64,000 bases of DNA. Source: a virus. The number at the start of each line of letters is the position of its first letter. Position 1 is the first letter of the stretch. The translations under genes and the position numbers were made by a program. Location of the stretch: IMG/VR virus record IMGVR_UViG_3300032261_000561, one strand, 5' to 3'. The notes beneath the pieces are model-generated. The model was not told where the DNA came from. It did no database searches and saw only the letters and a list, made by a program, of their open reading frames with translations. Shown here piece by piece: positions 61,204-64,000 of the stretch.

Positions 61204-61546
61204 TACTTTCCCTTCCTTCGATAGGCGGCGTAGGCCCGCCGCTGGGCCCCGGCACTGGCCAGGTGTGAAGCTGCTTCCCCGTGCCAGCCGACCGATCGGG
61301 CGATCTTGGCGCGGGTCATGAAATCATGCCAGCGCACGTAGCAACCGACGGCATGTCGGTCGGCGTCGCTGAGATCGGCCCACACCGGCCGGGTGTAGGG
61401 ATACTCGGGGGTGCCGTGGGTGCGCGCCCACATGGTGATCTCGTCCTTGGTGGGGCAGCGGTAGTACGGCATCCCGTTCTCGTTGAGGGGCTCCAAGAAG
61501 CCGTGATCATGCTTCTTGCCGTAGCCATGACGCTGGGCGGCTGTGG

Positions 61547-61774
61547 TCATTCTTCGTCCTCTTTGGGAAAAGCCTCGGCCCACTCCTCAGCGGTAACCCC
61601 GGTCATGAGGAACTCGCGCTCATCAGCAGTCAGCTCGGGGAAAACCTCTTGGATATGCTTGCCCTTACCATTGGGGTTGAATCGCCAACACCGAGCCAAC
61701 CGCTCTTCGGTGACCGTCGGCAGGTCTATGGTGTGCTCGACGCCGGTGAATGCCGACTTGCGTGTGACCTTCAT
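61547..61774 (-). CDS. conserved small phage protein
   Basis: R.S.FTG...DL....IQ..FP.L...EREFL.TG.T.EEW. Confidence 0.8.
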   Translation of the reverse strand: MKVTRKSAFTGVEHTIDLPTVTEERLARCWRFNPNGKGKHIQEVFPELTADEREFLMTGVTAEEWAEAFPKEDEE

Positions 61775-61995
61775 GTGTGTCTCTCTTCTAGGGGGCCCGA
61801 AGGCCCGGGTTATTGCGCCTCGGACTCGACGTCGGGTGCGCCGTCAATGGCCAGCAGGTCTTGCCGGATGAACTCGGCGCGGGTGTCGCGTACGTTCCAC
61901 ACTTCGGTGCGGCCGTCCGCGAATTCGATGCTCACGATCGCGGTCATGGTGTGTGTCTCCCTACCCTTATCTGCACCGCAGGCGCCTGATCTGTG

Positions 61996-62793
61996 TCAGG
62001 CGCCCAACAGCTCCTTCTCGTATTGCGCGCGCTGCGCCTCGACGAACCGCTCGAAGCGCTCGCGCTCGTTGCCCTTGACGTGGGCCCGCTCGACGGCCTC
62101 CTCGACGTCGGTCACCCCGTAGGCCATCGCCTGCGCGGCGCGGGCCTCGAAGTCGTCGACCTTGACGTGCCACAGGATCGTCTGTTGCTGACCCTGGTAT
62201 TCGCCGTGGTCCTTGACCTTCGCGCTCAAGATGACCGCCCGGTCACCGCGTTCCAGGCCGAACAGCGACTGGCTGGACCCCGAGATCTTGATGACCTGAC
62301 CGGCGTCACTCTCCGCGATGATGAACATCGACGGGGAACGGTTCCAGGCGCCCTCGTTGTACTTGGCGTAGCGAATGCTGACCGGGATGTTGGTGACCTT
62401 CTCACCGACCTTGCCCAGGAAGCCCTGGACCAGAGCAGCCCGGCGGGCAGCCTCGGCGTGCGCCTCGTCCCAATCCGCAGCGAACTCGGCCGCAGCCTTG
62501 GCGGCGTTGGCGACCTCGGCGGCTGACGCCTGCTCGGCGCGCAGCTCGTCGCCGTACTCGGCCCACAATGCGTCTTCCTTGGCCCTACGGCGCAAGGTGT
62601 TGACGCTGATGCCGTCGGGGTCCAGCTTGGCACCCATGCAGCGGTAGCAGACGCCGTGGTAGTGGCTGTAGATGCCCGAACCACCGCAGCGAACACAGGG
62701 GCTCGCCACGCGCTCCCAGCGATCCATGCCGGGGTGCGGGTCCTCGTACAGGTGAAGCTCGTAGCTCTTGCCGTTGTACTTCATTCTTGTCAT
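61996..62793 (-). CDS. Zn-finger plus OB-fold-like early protein
   Basis: CVRCGGSG......GVCYRCMG; G..GEK...A.VK.H.EY.G..QT.L. Confidence 0.75.
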   Translation of the reverse strand: MTRMKYNGKSYELHLYEDPHPGMDRWERVASPCVRCGGSGIYSHYHGVCYRCMGAKLDPDGISVNTLRRRAKEDALWAEYGDELRAEQASAAEVANAAKAAAEFAADWDEAHAEAARRAALVQGFLGKVGEKVTNIPVSIRYAKYNEGAWNRSPSMFIIAESDAGQVIKISGSSQSLFGLERGDRAVILSAKVKDHGEYQGQQQTILWHVKVDDFEARAAQAMAYGVTDVEEAVERAHVKGNERERFERFVEAQRAQYEKELLGA

Positions 62794-62819
62794 GTCGTTA
62801 CCTCCCTTCCACTGAGATG

Positions 62820-62845
62820 AACGATTTACCTTACAGGTATATTCC
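62820..62845 (-). promoter_or_regulatory. SigH/SigE-type promoter GGAAT-N18-GTT with internal palindrome
   Basis: GGAATATACCTGTAAGGTAAATCGTT. Confidence 0.6.
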
Positions 62846-62925
62846 TACGTGTGGTACGCGACCCGCTGTTCGCGGTCATACCTGATCCGGTTCCGGTGAG
62901 CGCGCCCCGTCATGCGTGCCATGTG

Positions 62926-63081
62926 TCATTTCTCCCGGTTGAGCTGCTTGTCGGTGATGCCCAACGCTTTTTGCAGTTTGGCAGCCTCTTCGGCCCGTCC
63001 TGGTTGCTGGTACATCCAGCGGATGTAGTTGATCTCTGCCTGACGCTCATAAGCCTGTATTCGCTTACGGATGCTGCCCAC
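62926..63081 (-). CDS. small hypothetical protein (51 aa)
   Basis: MGSIRKRIQAYERQAEINYIRWMYQQP...; GAGGAGACAC RBS. Confidence 0.6.
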   Translation of the reverse strand: MGSIRKRIQAYERQAEINYIRWMYQQPGRAEEAAKLQKALGITDKQLNREK

Positions 63082-63195
63082 GGTGTCTCCTCACTTGGTA
63101 GTTTACCTGATAGGTTAATGTGGTGGTCAAAAAATTTGACGCACAAAAAATCGGGTTTTCATGCGCTGGGCTCGTTAGCTCTTTCCATTGACTGG

Positions 63196-63222
63196 AACGA
63201 GTTTACCCCCGGGGTTTATTCC
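63196..63222 (-). promoter_or_regulatory. SigH/SigE-type promoter GGAAT-N19-GTT with internal palindrome
   Basis: GGAATAAACCCCGGGGGTAAACTCGTT. Confidence 0.55.
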
Positions 63223-63282
63223 ATGACATGTGATCCAGGGGTCCCGGGAGTTAGCTCGCTGCTCGGCCGAGCTAGTAGGCTC

Positions 63283-64000
63283 TCATTTAAGGTAATTCGG
63301 GACGAGCACGGCGCCATAAGCCCAGGCATTAGGGCTGAGGATGGCGGCCTGGCAGCTCACCTCGTTGACCGGCGTGGTGTTGGAGACGATCGCCAGCCCG
63401 GCGTAGCGCAGCGCGGTCACGTCGTGCAGGAAGTTGCCTTCGCCTCCTAACCTGGCAAAATAGCGAATTTGGGCTACATCCGTCCAGGCGTCGTTGAGAT
63501 AGAAGTCCCCGCCCGCGTCACCGGACACCCGCACTTCCAGGGTGTAGATCTGATCGGGCACATCGGGGATCTCGAAGAACGGGGTCTGCAGCAGGTACCA
63601 GAAGCCCGCGATCTTATCGGGGTTGAAGGTGTGCTGGTAGATGTAGACACCGTCGGACAGCCGCCGCAGCCGCAGGATGACCTGGTCCCCGTCGGCCACC
63701 GGCTTGAAGAACTGGCAGTTGAGCCGGGCCAATGCGTTGGGCACAAAGCCGGTCACCTGGCGGATGTTGACCCCGGCCTCGCCGTACCCGGCCGCCCGGG
63801 TGATGTGCAGCACCCGCTTACCGTTGTAGTTCATGTTGGGGTCGACGTTGATGGACACCACCGCGAACGGCTCGCCCCACACGATGGTGGGGTCGGCCCA
63901 CTTGGCGTTGTCGTCGCCCCAGGTACCCGACGGGACGGTGGAGGGATAGGTGCTGGTGTAGTAGGCCAACTTGGTGGAACTGATATTGGTGTCCAGCGGA
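63283..64000 (-). CDS. C-terminus of a probable tail/structural protein (starts beyond the window)
   Basis: Beta-rich, carbohydrate-binding-like sequence; frame open to window end. Confidence 0.6.
   Translation of the reverse strand, partial: PLDTNISSTKLAYYTSTYPSTVPSGTWGDDNAKWADPTIVWGEPFAVVSINVDPNMNYNGKRVLHITRAAGYGEAGVNIRQVTGFVPNALARLNCQFFKPVADGDQVILRLRRLSDGVYIYQHTFNPDKIAGFWYLLQTPFFEIPDVPDQIYTLEVRVSGDAGGDFYLNDAWTDVAQIRYFARLGGEGNFLHDVTALRYAGLAIVSNTTPVNEVSCQAAILSPNAWAYGAVLVPNYLK

Noticed and set aside
1-64000. tRNA/tmRNA genes, integrase, transposase
   Set aside because: No cloverleaf with a T-loop in intergenic DNA and no recombinase or transposase motifs found by eye; tRNAscan/Aragorn was not run.

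Overview
A GC-rich actinobacteriophage (mycobacteriophage-like) genome segment. Genes are almost all on the minus strand and tightly packed with 1-4 bp overlaps. Reading right to left: the 3' end of a probable tail/structural gene; a block of small early-type genes; a divergent SNF2 helicase / winged helix / 2OG-Fe(II) oxygenase-like / ParB-like operon facing a glycosyltransferase; an HNH gene and a UvrD-like helicase; a large replication-recombination operon (DnaC-like, DnaB, primase, J-domain protein, SSB-like, DnaE, RecA, Hjc-like, Cas4-like, RusA, sigma-like), whose order recalls the large myovirus-type mycobacteriophages; a peptidase / methyltransferase / GT2 group; and ~25 kb of small accessory genes. 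I found no integrase, tRNA or CRISPR array. The most notable signals are non-coding: (1) GGAGACACAC at 11 start codons plus a hairpin whose minus-strand loop is its exact complement, a candidate anti-RBS sRNA regulon; (2) a ~390-nt structured RNA directly upstream of an ATT-start HNH gene, with a counter-transcribed three-hairpin sRNA; (3) a dispersed TTACC-N5-GGT operator-like palindrome, four copies of which lie inside SigH/SigE-type GGAAT-N18/19-GTT promoters. Two apparent pseudo-enzymes are also present. All calls come from manual motif reading; no searches were run.
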